The notes: a model not told the origin generated them from the sequence alone. Numbered from the whole stretch's first letter, positions 40,535 to 51,782 are shown. The stretch is DNA of 62,962 nucleotides, filler included, from Nitrospinota bacterium (GCA_030620925.1; 16 parts of 16 records of this genome joined end to end with filler, not necessarily neighbours in it), one strand, 5' to 3'. Numbers and translations are program-made.

Positions 40535-41890
40535 ATGAGCAGTAAATCAGGTAAAGGTTTGAGCAGGAGAAAGTTCTTAGCCACCAGCGCCGGAGCGGCT
40601 GCGGGGCTCTATGGACTGTCCATGCTAGGCGGGTCTTCGGCTTACGCCAAGAAGAAGCGTGTGGACCTTACCATGTTGAACTGGAACCACTTCGTGCCCA
40701 AGTCGGACGAGAAGCTGAGGGAGCAATTTGCCGCTTTCGGTAAGTCCAAGGGCATCGTGGCCAGGCTGGACACCATCGCCCACCTTCAGCTTGCGGCCAA
40801 AAAGGCTGCTGAGGCGCAGGCCCGTGCGGGCCACGATACCTGGGGAGTGGGTGGCGGTGAAGTGTCTCTTTATGAGGCCCAACTCGAAGATTTAGACGAC
40901 TTGGCTGCTGAGCTGGGGAAAGAGCACGGCGGCTATTTCCAACTGGGCAAGGAAACGTCCGTTGTTAACAACCATTGGAAAGCGATACCCGCGTATTTCA
41001 TCTCCTTCCCGCTGGTGGCCAGAACGGACCTGGTCGCGGACATCGGCGAGAAAATCCCCGATACCTGGGAAGACCTGCTGCGAGTGGGCGCCAAGCTCAA
41101 GAAGAAGGGCCACCCGGGAGGGATACAGTTGGGGAATTCCGCGGACGCCAACGCCATCCTGCAAGGCATCATGTGGAGCTACGGCGCAAGTTGGGTGGCG
41201 AAGGACAGCGAGACCATAACCGTCAATTCGCCGGAGATGGTCAATGCCATCGAGTTCGTCAAGGAGCTGTATGAGAAAGCCCTCGACCCGCAGGTCGTAG
41301 CATGGGACGACGCCAGCAACAACCGGTTCATCACCTCGGGGAAGGGCTCGTTCATCCTAAACCCCATCAGCGCCTACAAGTCGGCGGAGAGGGGCAACCT
41401 CAAGGTCAAGAAGCTCGACGGCACGGTGGTCCCGGCCATAAGCGTGCTCAACCACTTCATACCCCCCAAAGGCCCGGCGGGGAGGCACATGTATTGCTAT
41501 ACTGGCGGCTATGGGGTTATGAGCTGGGCGAAAGACAAGGGGCTGGCCAAGGACCTGCTCCGCTTCATGTTCCAGAAAGAGAATTACGATGCCCACATCT
41601 GGGCCAGTGACGGATACAACCAGCCGCTTTTAAAGGCGTTCGCAAATCACCCCGTCTGGGGCACCAATCCCAAGTATGCCTTTGCGCCGAAGATAGGCAA
41701 ATATTCCCACACCCAGGGCTGGCCGGGTCTCCCCACCAAGCATTCGCAGGTAGTCAACCAGCTTTACGTGATCCCCAATATGTTCGCCTCGGTGGCCACC
41801 GGAAAGAAGACCCCCAAACAGGCCATAGCCGTGATGGAAAAGGAGATCAAGGATATATTTGCAGGCAGAAAGAAAAAGATAACAAAGTGA
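40535..41890 (+). CDS. ABC transporter substrate-binding protein (carbohydrate family), Tat-exported
   Basis: SRRKFL twin-arginine signal, PDTWEDL, WDDASNN; followed by two permeases. Confidence 0.88.
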   Translation: MSSKSGKGLSRRKFLATSAGAAAGLYGLSMLGGSSAYAKKKRVDLTMLNWNHFVPKSDEKLREQFAAFGKSKGIVARLDTIAHLQLAAKKAAEAQARAGHDTWGVGGGEVSLYEAQLEDLDDLAAELGKEHGGYFQLGKETSVVNNHWKAIPAYFISFPLVARTDLVADIGEKIPDTWEDLLRVGAKLKKKGHPGGIQLGNSADANAILQGIMWSYGASWVAKDSETITVNSPEMVNAIEFVKELYEKALDPQVVAWDDASNNRFITSGKGSFILNPISAYKSAERGNLKVKKLDGTVVPAISVLNHFIPPKGPAGRHMYCYTGGYGVMSWAKDKGLAKDLLRFMFQKENYDAHIWASDGYNQPLLKAFANHPVWGTNPKYAFAPKIGKYSHTQGWPGLPTKHSQVVNQLYVIPNMFASVATGKKTPKQAIAVMEKEIKDIFAGRKKKITK

Positions 41891-41919
41891 TGGGAGACGG
41901 TTGTTAGCCTCCTGATGAA

Positions 41920-42924
41920 GTGGAGGTAAAAGTTCTCCCGAAGCAGACCAGTAGTGTAAAAAGAGAAGGGATAGGCGCGATGGAGGATGGAGCTGTTGCA
42001 GCTGAAGTAACAGCGGTAAAAAAGATTAGTGCCTGGCAGTCTTTCAGAGAGAAGGTCGAGCAGGAGAAGATACTCGGGTTCATTTTCATAGCTCCCGCTT
42101 TGGCAGTTATCGTCCTCCTCGTTGCCTATCCCTTCGTAATCGCCATATCCCTCAGTGTCTCGGATGCCTGGGTAGGGTCTGAAAAATTCACCTACGTGGG
42201 CCTTAAAAACTTCGCAGACATGCTTGGTAACGAGACCTTCAGGCGCACGGTCAGAAACACCTTTCTTTTCACCGGCGCCTCGGTGGGTATGAAGATCGTT
42301 CTGGGCTTAGTTCTTGCCCAGTTGATGCACAGGGCGATGCGGTTCAGGAGGATATTCCGGGCGGTGGTTCTCCTGCCCTGGGTGGTCCCCACCGCCTTGA
42401 GCGTTCTGGCCTGGTGGTGGATGCTGGACCCTGATTACAGCGTGGTGAACTGGACGATGTCGCGCCTTGGCCTGGGCGAGCATTGGTGGCTTACCGACCC
42501 GAGGCTGGCCATGCTGTCCGTGATCATAGTGAACACCTGGCGGGGTCTCCCATTTTTCGCCATAGCCATCCTGGCCGGCCTGGTATCCATTCCCACGGAG
42601 CTTTACGAGGCGGCGGATACCGACGGCGCCGGAAGATTTAAAAAATTCTGGCACATCACGCTCCCCTTACTGAAACCCGTGCTGGCCATCGTCATACTCT
42701 TTTCCACCATATTTACCTTCGCAGATTTCAACATCGTCTTCATCCTCACCAGGGGCGGGCCCATGAACATGACCCACCTTTTCTCCACCCTCTCCTTTGC
42801 CTACGGTCTTCAAGGCGGGAACCTGGGACAGGGCGCCGCCATATCCCTCTTCTTGTTCCCCATCCTGGTGGTGGTGGTCTTCATCCAGCTTCGATTCTTT
42901 ATCCGGAGGGACGAAATTACATGA
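41920..42924 (+). CDS. Carbohydrate ABC permease (MalF/UgpA-like)
   Basis: VGLKNF, LPWVVP, ELYEAADTDGA, TRGGP. Confidence 0.92.
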   Translation: MEVKVLPKQTSSVKREGIGAMEDGAVAAEVTAVKKISAWQSFREKVEQEKILGFIFIAPALAVIVLLVAYPFVIAISLSVSDAWVGSEKFTYVGLKNFADMLGNETFRRTVRNTFLFTGASVGMKIVLGLVLAQLMHRAMRFRRIFRAVVLLPWVVPTALSVLAWWWMLDPDYSVVNWTMSRLGLGEHWWLTDPRLAMLSVIIVNTWRGLPFFAIAILAGLVSIPTELYEAADTDGAGRFKKFWHITLPLLKPVLAIVILFSTIFTFADFNIVFILTRGGPMNMTHLFSTLSFAYGLQGGNLGQGAAISLFLFPILVVVVFIQLRFFIRRDEIT

Positions 42925-43453
42925 AAAAAAAGAATAAGGGCATATTAAGGGCGTTCGATCTGTACCTCCCGCTGATACCTTTTTTCATTTTCGCCCTGTT
43001 CCCCTTATATTTTATGGTCGTCACCTCGTTCAAGAAGGATGCAGAGCTATATGATCTTGAATCCGTTCCCTTCCTCATCAGGCAGGGCGTCACGCTCGAG
43101 CACTATAAGCTCCTCTTCTACGATACGCCCTTCCTGATATGGTTCAAAAACTCGATGATAGTCAGCGTGGCGACCACTGCGATCGCTTTGGTTATAGCTC
43201 TTCTGGCCGCATACAGCCTGGCACGCATGAAGTTCAGGGGGGTGGAGTTCTTCGGGGTGGCCGTTTTTGTGACCTACCTGGTGCCCCCCGACCCTGATGT
43301 TCCTGCCCATGAACCAGGTGATGGGTAAGCTGGGGCTGTTGGACTCCATCTGGTCCCTGATAGTCGTCTATCCCACCTTCCTGATTCCTTTCCTCACCTG
43401 GCTGATGATGGGCTATTTCAGGTCCATCCCTAAAGAGATAGAAGAGTGCGCAA
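42921..43453 (+). CDS. Carbohydrate ABC permease (MalG/UgpE-like) with a +1 frameshift at a C6 run (43284-43289); 3' truncated
   Basis: ...TYLVPP continues as TLMFLP...SIPKEIEECA in another frame. Confidence 0.85.
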
Positions 43454-43553
43454 NNNNNNNNNNNNNNNNNNNNNNNNNNNNNNNNNNNNNNNNNNNNTTA
43501 ATTAATTAANNNNNNNNNNNNNNNNNNNNNNNNNNNNNNNNNNNNNNNNNNNN

Positions 43554-43711
43554 CCACCATGGACCCCTCCCGCAGAACGCTGCTGCAAATCACGGTGGAC
43601 GACCTCTACAAAGCCAACGAGCTGTTCACCATCCTCATGGGCGATCAGGTGGAGCCGCGCAGGGAGTTTATCGAGCGCTACGCCATGGAAGTGCGCAACC
43701 TGGATGTATAG
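43554..43711 (+). CDS. gyrB: DNA gyrase subunit B, C-terminal fragment
   Basis: [12 protein letters not shown]...[17 protein letters not shown]...NLDV*. Confidence 0.95.
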
Positions 43712-43769
43712 CTTTGTGGCGTGATGCTGATTATACTATGCGGGGTCAGCTTAGGCGGGGATTAAAGAT

Positions 43770-43982
43770 ATGAAATATAGGGTTTTTATAGAGCAAGACG
43801 AAGACGGAATGTTTGTAATAGAATGCCCCTCATTGCCTGGATGTATCTCCCAGGGTAAGACACGAGAAGAGGCCAGAAAAAACATAAAGGAAGCCATCGA
43901 GGCCCATCTGGAAAGCCTTAAAGAACATGGCGAGCCTATACCTCCTTCGATCTATGAAGAGATAATTGAGGTAAATCCGTGA
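43770..43982 (+). CDS. hicB: HicB antitoxin (short form, no DNA-binding domain)
   Basis: EQDEDG..CPSLPGCISQGKTREEARKNIKEAI. Confidence 0.92.
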   Translation: MKYRVFIEQDEDGMFVIECPSLPGCISQGKTREEARKNIKEAIEAHLESLKEHGEPIPPSIYEEIIEVNP

Positions 43983-44198
43983 TCCAAATGCCTCTTTTGT
44001 CCGGAAGAGAGGTGGTCATGGCATTGTCTAATATAGGATATCAGTTCAATAAAAAGGCAGCCATATTATATTTTGGAATATCAACCCCCCACACCGAAGA
44101 TTAACCATACCAGACCATAGAGAAATATCTAAAGGCACGTTAAGGGCAATTATAAGACGGCGGGTTTAACCATGGAGGAATTTGCCGAGTTGCTCTGA
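43979..44198 (+). pseudogene. hicA: HicA toxin with two frameshifts
   Basis: LSGREVVMALSNIGYQF / KGSHII...PPHRRLTIPDHREISKGTLRAII / AGLTMEEFAELL* split over successive frames. Confidence 0.85.
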
Positions 44199-44247
44199 TT
44201 AAAAGAGCGAATAAATTAAGAGCATATTAATGTGAGAAAGTAGAGCC

Positions 44248-46698
44248 ATGCAGCAAGAGGAAGTCAGGATTCCGGTAAATATCGAAGACGAGATGCGGCA
44301 GTCCTACCTGGATTACGCCATGAGCGTCATCGTGGGCAGGGCACTGCCCGACGTCCGCGACGGCCTCAAACCTGTCCACCGGCGCGTGCTTTACGCCATG
44401 GAAGAGATGGGTCTGGCCTACAACCGCCCCTACAAGAAGGCCGCCCGGCTGGTGGGTGATGTGATGGGTAAATATCACCCCCATGGAGACGCCGCCATCT
44501 ATGACACCATCGTGCGCATGGCTCAATATTTCTCCATGCGCTATCCCCTTGTGGACGGGCAGGGCAACTTCGGCTCCGTGGACGGAGACCCCGCCGCCGC
44601 CATGAGATACACCGAGGTGCGCATGGCGGCCATCGACCAGTTCATGCTGGCCGACCTGGACAAGGAGACCGTCGATTTTGCCCCCAACTACGACGAGACG
44701 ATGAATGAGCCCCTCGTCCTCCCCACCCGTATCCCCAACCTGCTGGTCAACGGCTCTTCGGGCATCGCCGTGGGCATGGCCACCAACATACCGCCTCACA
44801 ACATGGTAGAGGTGGTGGATGCCCTGCTCATACTGATTGATAAGCCCGGCGCCTCCATAGACGATCTGATGGCCTGTATCCAGGGGCCCGACTTCCCCAC
44901 GGCAGCGTTTATTCACGGGCGCAGGGGCATCATCGAGGCCTACCGCACGGGCAGGGGCCGCATTCAGCTCAGGGGCAGGGCGTTTACAGAAGAGCTCGAG
45001 AAAGGCGACAGGGAGAGGATAGTCATCACCGAAATTCCCTACCAGGTGAACAAGGCCCGGCTGGTGGAAAGCATCGCCGACCTGGTGCGGGAGAAGAGGA
45101 TCACCGGCATCTCGGAAATCCGCGACGAATCGGACCGCGATGGCACCCGGGTGGTCTTGGAGCTGCGGCGCGACGAAGCCGCCCAGCTCATCCTGAACCA
45201 GCTTTACAAGCACACCCAGATGCAGACCACCTTCGGAATTATCATGCTGGCCTTGGTCAACAACCAGCCCCGCGTCCTTAACCTTGCCCAGATGCTTCGC
45301 CACTTCCTGGACCACCGGCAGGAGGTGGTCGTACGCCGGACAAGGTACGAACACCGTCAAGCCCTGGAGCGCGCTCACGTGCTGGAGGGGTTGAAGGTGG
45401 CCATAGAGAACATCGATGAGGTGATAGCCCTCATCAGGGGGGCCGATTCCCCGGCAACCGCCTCCACCGAGCTTCAGAACAGCTTCGACCTCACCGAAAT
45501 CCAGGCCAGGGCCATCCTGGATATGCGTTTGCAGCGGCTCACCGCTCTGGAGAGGGATAAGATTCTCGAGGAGTTAAGCCAGTTGCAGGAGAGGATAAAG
45601 GGGCTGGAGGCAATCCTGGCCAGCGAAGCCAAGGTGAGGAAGATCATCAAGGAAGAGCTTCTCGAGGTGAAGAAAAAATACGCCGATAAGCGCCTCACTG
45701 AAATCATAGACGAGACGGAAGAAATAGGTTTCGAGGACCTGATAAAAGAAGAAGAGATGGTGGTCTCCGTCACCCAGACCGGCTATATTAAACGGACACC
45801 CCTCACCCTCTATCGCAGCCAGCGGCGGGGAGGCAAAGGGGTGATGGGAATGGAGACCAAAAAAGAGGACTACGTTGAGCACCTCTTCGTGGCCTCCACC
45901 CACCATTACATAATGGTCTTCACCAATTTGGGCAAGGTGCAGAGACTCAAGGTGCACGAGCTTCCCCAGACCAGCCGCGCTGCCCGCGGAAAGGCCATCG
46001 TGAACCTCCTGAAGCTGGAGCGGGGGGAGACGGTCGCCGCCATGATAACCGTCCGCGATTTCACTGAGGATAGATACGTCATCACAGCCACCCGGAAGGG
46101 CATACTCAAGAAGACGCATCTGAGCGCCTACGCTAATATGCGGACGGGAGGAATTATCGCCATAACCCTGGACCAGGGGGATGAGCTCATCTCCGTGCGC
46201 CTGAGCGATGGCGACCAGCAGATTTTCCTGGCCACCAGAGGAGGGTTGGCGCTTCGGTGCAACGAGAAGCAGGTGCGGCCCATGGGGAGGACCGCCCGGG
46301 GGGTTACCGGAATAAGGCTGGGGGATAAGGATAGCATCGTGAGCATGGAGATTCTTGGCCCCGATGTCAGCATACTCACCGTCACCGAAAAGGGGTTTGG
46401 CAAACGGACCCGGGTAAAGGAATATCGCGTGCAGCGCCGCGGCGGGAAGGGTATAATCAACGTCAAAGTACGCCCGAAAAACGGCCCTGCGGTGGGCGTC
46501 CGCCAGGTGAAGGAGGACGAGGGGATACTCATCGTCACCAAGGAAGGCAAGATGCTGCGCACCCAGGTCAGCGGGGTCAGGGCCAAAGGCCGCGATACCA
46601 TGGGCGTTAAAATAATGGATCTGGACGAGGGGGATCACGTGGTGAGCGTGGCCCGACTGGAAGATAAAAAGGTAGTGCAGGAAGGGATTGTGGCCTAG
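44248..46698 (+). CDS. gyrA: DNA gyrase subunit A
   Basis: [29 protein letters not shown], GyrA box QRRGGKG. Confidence 0.98.
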   Translation: MQQEEVRIPVNIEDEMRQSYLDYAMSVIVGRALPDVRDGLKPVHRRVLYAMEEMGLAYNRPYKKAARLVGDVMGKYHPHGDAAIYDTIVRMAQYFSMRYPLVDGQGNFGSVDGDPAAAMRYTEVRMAAIDQFMLADLDKETVDFAPNYDETMNEPLVLPTRIPNLLVNGSSGIAVGMATNIPPHNMVEVVDALLILIDKPGASIDDLMACIQGPDFPTAAFIHGRRGIIEAYRTGRGRIQLRGRAFTEELEKGDRERIVITEIPYQVNKARLVESIADLVREKRITGISEIRDESDRDGTRVVLELRRDEAAQLILNQLYKHTQMQTTFGIIMLALVNNQPRVLNLAQMLRHFLDHRQEVVVRRTRYEHRQALERAHVLEGLKVAIENIDEVIALIRGADSPATASTELQNSFDLTEIQARAILDMRLQRLTALERDKILEELSQLQERIKGLEAILASEAKVRKIIKEELLEVKKKYADKRLTEIIDETEEIGFEDLIKEEEMVVSVTQTGYIKRTPLTLYRSQRRGGKGVMGMETKKEDYVEHLFVASTHHYIMVFTNLGKVQRLKVHELPQTSRAARGKAIVNLLKLERGETVAAMITVRDFTEDRYVITATRKGILKKTHLSAYANMRTGGIIAITLDQGDELISVRLSDGDQQIFLATRGGLALRCNEKQVRPMGRTARGVTGIRLGDKDSIVSMEILGPDVSILTVTEKGFGKRTRVKEYRVQRRGGKGIINVKVRPKNGPAVGVRQVKEDEGILIVTKEGKMLRTQVSGVRAKGRDTMGVKIMDLDEGDHVVSVARLEDKKVVQEGIVA

Positions 46699-46811
46699 GT
46701 TTTAATCCCGCNNNNNNNNNNNNNNNNNNNNNNNNNNNNNNNNNNNNNNNNNNNNTTAATTAATTAANNNNNNNNNNNNNNNNNNNNNNNNNNNNNNNNN
46801 NNNNNNNNNNN

Positions 46812-47033
46812 GAAATGTCACCTGCCCAAGGCCCCGTCGACGAATGCCCGAGACTCGAAGAGAATCTCAGCTCATGCAGCTGCACGTATACCTCCTGCCC
46901 CAGGAGGGGGAACTGCTGCCTGTGTGTGGTCCATCACCGGGAGCAGAATCAGTTGCCCGGCTGTTTCTTCCCGCCGGAAATTGAAAAAACCTACGACCGC
47001 TCCTACGAGCGGTTCGCTCAACTATACAGCTAA
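46812..47033 (+). CDS. Small Cys-rich protein (DUF6485-like)
   Basis: CSCTY..CPRRGNCCLCVVHH...LPGCFF...TYDRS. Confidence 0.75.
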   Translation, partial: EMSPAQGPVDECPRLEENLSSCSCTYTSCPRRGNCCLCVVHHREQNQLPGCFFPPEIEKTYDRSYERFAQLYS

Positions 47034-47050
47034 AAAGAACGGAGAAACCA

Positions 47051-48022
47051 GTGAGCCTGAAAGAGGTTATTAAGAAGATCGCCGGAGATTTCGGCGTCGA
47101 CAAGGTGGGTTTCGGCTCCGTGGAAAGATTGGAAGGCATCCCCTCTGCGGACCCCTCCTACCTGCTCCCTGAGACCGCTACGGTCATCTCGCTGGCGGCG
47201 GCCAACGACCGCCGCGCCATTCGCGCCTACCTGTCCAAAAGGGATCAGGTGGCCTATGCCGTGGATATGACGGAGACCTACAAACGCCTGTTCAGGGCAG
47301 GGCGCGCCATAGCCGAAGAGCTCAATGGACGGGACCACAATTCGGTCAACGTGGTCCCCAATTTTTCCTACCGCCCTCAGAAAGAGCCCTACGACATGGT
47401 TCCCGACTTCTCCCACCGGTACAGCGCCGTGGCCGCGGGGGTGGGTCTGATGGGTTGGAGCGGGAATCTGATGACACCTGAATACGGCTCCGCAGTGCAC
47501 CTGGGAAGCGTGCTCACCGAAGTGTCCATAGAGCCCGACCCCATTCTCGAAAAGAACCCCTGCGACAACTGCAAACTCTGCGTGGCGGTGTGCACGACCG
47601 GTTACATGAGCATGAATGACGAGATGTACCATCACCTGGGCGGCATCCCCTTCATCACCTGCAAAAAGGCCAACAATGCCCGCTGCATAATCTGCTGCGC
47701 GGGCATGACCGGTCTCAGCAAGGACGGTAAGTGGTCCACGTGGTCGCCTTACAAGGTGAACGTCCCGTCCACCGATAACGGTCTCGATAAACTGGTGGAC
47801 AAGGAACGGCAGCAGATGGTCGAGCGGATTAAGGTAGACCCCATGGTTTTCCTCTCCGGAGGGGACGTCAGGGAGACCAAGAGCCTGCTGCCGACCTGCG
47901 GCAACTGCGGCGCCATATGCTGGGAGAAGCGCGAGGACCGGGAGGAAAATTACAAGCTGCTCACCACCTCAGGCACGGTGGTTCTTGACGAAAATAAAAG
48001 CCTGAAAGTGATCAAGACCTGA
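47051..48022 (+). CDS. QueG/reductive-dehalogenase-superfamily Fe-S protein
   Basis: SHRYSAVAAGVG..GWSG..TPEYG, CDNCKLCVAVC, later Cys clusters CIICC and TCGNC. Confidence 0.78.
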   Translation: MSLKEVIKKIAGDFGVDKVGFGSVERLEGIPSADPSYLLPETATVISLAAANDRRAIRAYLSKRDQVAYAVDMTETYKRLFRAGRAIAEELNGRDHNSVNVVPNFSYRPQKEPYDMVPDFSHRYSAVAAGVGLMGWSGNLMTPEYGSAVHLGSVLTEVSIEPDPILEKNPCDNCKLCVAVCTTGYMSMNDEMYHHLGGIPFITCKKANNARCIICCAGMTGLSKDGKWSTWSPYKVNVPSTDNGLDKLVDKERQQMVERIKVDPMVFLSGGDVRETKSLLPTCGNCGAICWEKREDREENYKLLTTSGTVVLDENKSLKVIKT

Positions 48023-48110
48023 CGGGCTGCCCCTCACATATCTCGCAGCAGTCCATACAGAGAGGGCCGGTTCGTTCCGGCCCATTCTGTTTCACCCGGG
48101 GGAGAAGACC

Positions 48111-49502
48111 ATGTCCGGTTTTCAGACACTGATGGAGCCCGCCTCGGTGGCGGTGGTAGGCGCAACCGAGAGCGAAGGGAAAGCGGGCAACATAGTCCTG
48201 GGCAACATTCTGGAAAACGGTTTCGCCGGCCCCGTCTACCCCATCAATCCCAGGGCGGATCGTATAATGGGGCTGAAAGCCTATCCCGATCTGCTTGGCG
48301 TCCACGGCTCCATAGGAACCGTCTTCATCCTCCTTCCCGCCGAGCACGTGATGGAAGTTATCAGGGACTGCGCGCGGAAGGAGGTTCGGTCGGTGGTGAT
48401 AGTCTCTTCCGGTTTCGGAGAGGTGGGCGGCTCCGGGGTCAGGGAGCAGAAGGATATAGAGAAAATCATGCGCGGTGCGGGCATCCGGGGCATCGGCCCC
48501 AACACCGTGGGCTTCATCAACTCTTACCACCATCTTTTCGCCAGCTTCCTGCCCGTGCGGGAATGGCAGAGCGGCCCCATAGCCATCGCCGCCCAGACGG
48601 GCAATTTCTCCGGATGCATTGCCGATGAAATCATGAACCGCGAGACACAACGTCTGGGCATCGGACTCACCCTCAGCTTCGGCAACAAGATTGACCTGGA
48701 CGAGGTGGACTTCCTGGAGTACACCTGGAAGAAGCGGGAAGGGGGCGTGGTGGCCCTCCACCTGGAATCCTTAAAACGACCCCATCCTTTCATGGCCATG
48801 GCTGCCAGGGTCAAAAAAGATAAGCCGGTCATAGTCTTGAAATCAGGCCGCACTGCGGCGGGGGCCAGAGCCGCCGCCTCCCATACCGGCTCCCTGGCCG
48901 CAGAAGACGCTATAGTGGAAGCAGCCGTCCGGCAGGCGGGGATCATACGCGCCTATACGGTGGAGGAGTTCCTGGAATATATAAAGGTCTTCTCCTACCA
49001 ACCGTTGCCCCGTGGTAACCGCGTGGGGATAGCCACTCTGAGCGGAGCGGCGGCGGTCATAGCCTGCGACGAGCTCCACGAGGAGGGACTGACTCTGGCC
49101 CGCTACCGGGAAGAGACGATTAATAAAATTTCAGGGCTGATGCCACACTGGCAGCCGGTAAATAACCCTGCCGACGTCTGGATGTCCATGTACGGCGATG
49201 TCAAGTCTTCGCACCAGAGGATAATAGGCGCCGTCCTGGACGACCCCCAGGTGGATATGGCCCTCTTCATTCTATTGCCGGTGGCAAACACCGATTTCGA
49301 TGGAGTGCGGGGCGTATTTGAAAAAGCCATGAAAAGCCACCCCGAAAAGCCTATTTTCACGGTCATGCTGGGGGGCAGGGTCAAGCAGAAGTGGATGCGG
49401 GAGCTGGAGGGCACGGGAGTGCCCATCTTTAACGATACGTCCATCGCCGTCAGGTGCATGAAGGCGATGTATCAATACTCAGTAAACCATAGCAGGAAAT
49501 AA
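48111..49502 (+). CDS. ADP-forming acyl-CoA synthetase alpha subunit (CoA-binding)
   Basis: SVAVVGAT, YPINP, IGPN, KSGRT, SHTGSLA phospho-His motif, NNPAD. Confidence 0.88.
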   Translation: MSGFQTLMEPASVAVVGATESEGKAGNIVLGNILENGFAGPVYPINPRADRIMGLKAYPDLLGVHGSIGTVFILLPAEHVMEVIRDCARKEVRSVVIVSSGFGEVGGSGVREQKDIEKIMRGAGIRGIGPNTVGFINSYHHLFASFLPVREWQSGPIAIAAQTGNFSGCIADEIMNRETQRLGIGLTLSFGNKIDLDEVDFLEYTWKKREGGVVALHLESLKRPHPFMAMAARVKKDKPVIVLKSGRTAAGARAAASHTGSLAAEDAIVEAAVRQAGIIRAYTVEEFLEYIKVFSYQPLPRGNRVGIATLSGAAAVIACDELHEEGLTLARYREETINKISGLMPHWQPVNNPADVWMSMYGDVKSSHQRIIGAVLDDPQVDMALFILLPVANTDFDGVRGVFEKAMKSHPEKPIFTVMLGGRVKQKWMRELEGTGVPIFNDTSIAVRCMKAMYQYSVNHSRK

Positions 49503-49687
49503 AAAACGTAGGAGCGACCACCCATGCTGAGGGGCGGTCGCCCTTCAAACATAGAAATTCCTTGTATCTTTTCATGGCGACTGAACTATAATAAAAGCCC
49601 CATCGGGGAGTCGAGGGATGAGAGCAGTTCATCCCTCTGAAATTCAATAGAAACCCAAAGAGAAGGAACAGTGCCTTGGTAGAGGTA

Positions 49688-50266
49688 ATGTCAGAGATAA
49701 AACTGCTGGGGCGGGGTGGGCAGGGAATAGTCACCGCAGGCGAGCTGCTGGCCAAAGGCGCCACGATGGCCGGAATGCACGCCCAGGCCATCCCCTCTTT
49801 CGGGGCGGAGAGACGCGGCGGCCCCTCCCAGAGCACGCTGCGCATTTCCAACCATCCGATACTTCTGCGATGCAATCCGTCTACCATAGATATTCTGTGC
49901 GTATTCGATCCCACAATATGGCATTTCGTCGACGCTACGACAGGGGTGAAGGAAGACTCCGTCCTCATATTCAACAGCCGCAAAAAATCGAGCGAGCTGG
50001 AGAAGCTTCTTAAGGATGGCAGCCATCCCTCAAAACTAATCGTAAAAGATTGCCGCATCTTCTCCCTGGATGCCACCAGCATCGCCATGGAGACCATAGG
50101 CCGCCCCATTACCAACACCACCATGATGGGGGCTTTCAGTGCGGCCACCAAACTGCTTTCATTCGATAACGTCACGGAAGTCATAAAAGCGAACTTCGGC
50201 AAGCTGAGCGACGTCAATATTAAAGCGGCCCAGCAGGCTTATCGACTGGTAAAGAAGCGGCACTGA
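49688..50266 (+). CDS. porC: 2-oxoacid:ferredoxin oxidoreductase gamma subunit
   Basis: GRGGQG, FGAERRGGP, ITNTTMMGA. Confidence 0.9.
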   Translation: MSEIKLLGRGGQGIVTAGELLAKGATMAGMHAQAIPSFGAERRGGPSQSTLRISNHPILLRCNPSTIDILCVFDPTIWHFVDATTGVKEDSVLIFNSRKKSSELEKLLKDGSHPSKLIVKDCRIFSLDATSIAMETIGRPITNTTMMGAFSAATKLLSFDNVTEVIKANFGKLSDVNIKAAQQAYRLVKKRH

Positions 50267-50298
50267 TTCGCAGGGGAGAAACTAAAGGAGAACAGTCC

Positions 50299-50586
50299 AT
50301 GAGCGATTCACTCCACTTGAAATGCGTGAGGGAGTCCCGGTCGGCCCTGATTTATCCGCCGGGTATGAGCCTGGGCAACCTCACCGGCTCCTGGAGGGAT
50401 ATGAAGCCCGTGCTGGATAAAGAAAAATGCAATAAATGCGGGCTCTGCTGGATATACTGCCCTGACATGACCATCTCCCGCCAGAACGACTATGAGATAG
50501 ATTACCAATACTGCAAGGGATGCGGGATTTGCGCCGAGGAATGCCCCACTGAAGCCATCTCCATGGTCAGGGAGGATTCGGACTGA
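50299..50586 (+). CDS. porD: 2-oxoacid:ferredoxin oxidoreductase delta subunit
   Basis: TGSWR..P, CNKCGLCWIYCPD, CKGCGICAEECP. Confidence 0.92.
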   Translation: MSDSLHLKCVRESRSALIYPPGMSLGNLTGSWRDMKPVLDKEKCNKCGLCWIYCPDMTISRQNDYEIDYQYCKGCGICAEECPTEAISMVREDSD

Positions 50587-51782
50587 TGGCCCAGGAACTA
50601 TGGAACGGCAACCGGGCCGCAGCCGAGGCCGCCCGCCTGTGCAAAGTGCAGACAGTCGCCGCCTACCCCATCACCCCCCAGACAGGCGTGGTGGAGCACA
50701 TTTCCGCGTTCATCAACAACGGGGAGATGAAGGCGGAGATGGTGCACGTGGAAAGCGAACACAGCGCCATGTCCGCCTGCGCGGGGGCGGCCACCATGGG
50801 TGCCAGGACTTTTACCGCAAGCTGCTCCCAGGGCCTGATGCTTATGGGAGAGGTGCTTTTTATGACTTCCGGCTGCCGGCTGCCGGTGGTAATGGCCGTG
50901 GCCAACCGGTCGCTATCGGCGCCGGTCAATATCTGGGGCGACCAGCAGGATTCACTGGTCCTGCGGGACAGCGGCTGGATCCAGCTTTACTCGACCACCG
51001 TCCAGGAGACCTACGATAATATCATACAGGCTTACAGGATAGCCGAAGACGAACAGGTCTGCCTGCCGGTAATGGTCTGTTACGACGGCTTCTACATCTC
51101 CCACGTCTCAGAGACGGTGGAGACCCTCACTCAAGAGGAAGTGGACCAATACCTCCCCTCAAACGGGACTCCGAACTGGACGGTGCTGGACGTAGAGAAC
51201 CCCTTCCAGTTAAATCAACTCCTGCCGCCCGTGGCATACGCCGAGTACCAGTACCGCAAACACACCGCCATGGAACGTGCAAGAGGAATCGCCATCGAAG
51301 CAGGAAACGTATTCGGGGAGATGTACGGCAGAAATTACGGCCTGCTCGATGCCTATCAGTGCGAAGACGCCGAGGTGATCATAGTGGGCCTGGGCTCCCC
51401 CACCGGCACCGCCCGCTGGGTGGTGAACAACCTCCGGGGCCGCGGCGAGAGAGCGGGCTTGGTGGACATCCGCATGTTCAGACCTTTTCCCGAAAAAGAG
51501 TTCATCGAGGCCGTGAAGAACGCCAGGCTGGTGGTGGTACTGGACAAAGACATGGGGTTCGGCACCAGCGGGATGCTCTACCCGGATATCACCAGGGTGC
51601 TCTACCATCTGGATAACCGCCCCATGGCCCTCAACTTCATCGTGGGCCTGGGGGGTCGCGACGTTACCCCCGAAACCATAGAGCATGCCTATTTCAGGGC
51701 AAGGGTGGTATTGCAGGACGGACTCCAGGACAACGCGCAGACCGTCTTCTGGCCCGATACAAATCTTGAAGGGTTATACTGA
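50586..51782 (+). CDS. porA: 2-oxoacid:ferredoxin oxidoreductase alpha subunit
   Basis: AYPITPQT, VESEHSA, SQGL, ANRSL, FRPFP, GLGGRD. Confidence 0.92.
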   Translation: MAQELWNGNRAAAEAARLCKVQTVAAYPITPQTGVVEHISAFINNGEMKAEMVHVESEHSAMSACAGAATMGARTFTASCSQGLMLMGEVLFMTSGCRLPVVMAVANRSLSAPVNIWGDQQDSLVLRDSGWIQLYSTTVQETYDNIIQAYRIAEDEQVCLPVMVCYDGFYISHVSETVETLTQEEVDQYLPSNGTPNWTVLDVENPFQLNQLLPPVAYAEYQYRKHTAMERARGIAIEAGNVFGEMYGRNYGLLDAYQCEDAEVIIVGLGSPTGTARWVVNNLRGRGERAGLVDIRMFRPFPEKEFIEAVKNARLVVVLDKDMGFGTSGMLYPDITRVLYHLDNRPMALNFIVGLGGRDVTPETIEHAYFRARVVLQDGLQDNAQTVFWPDTNLEGLY

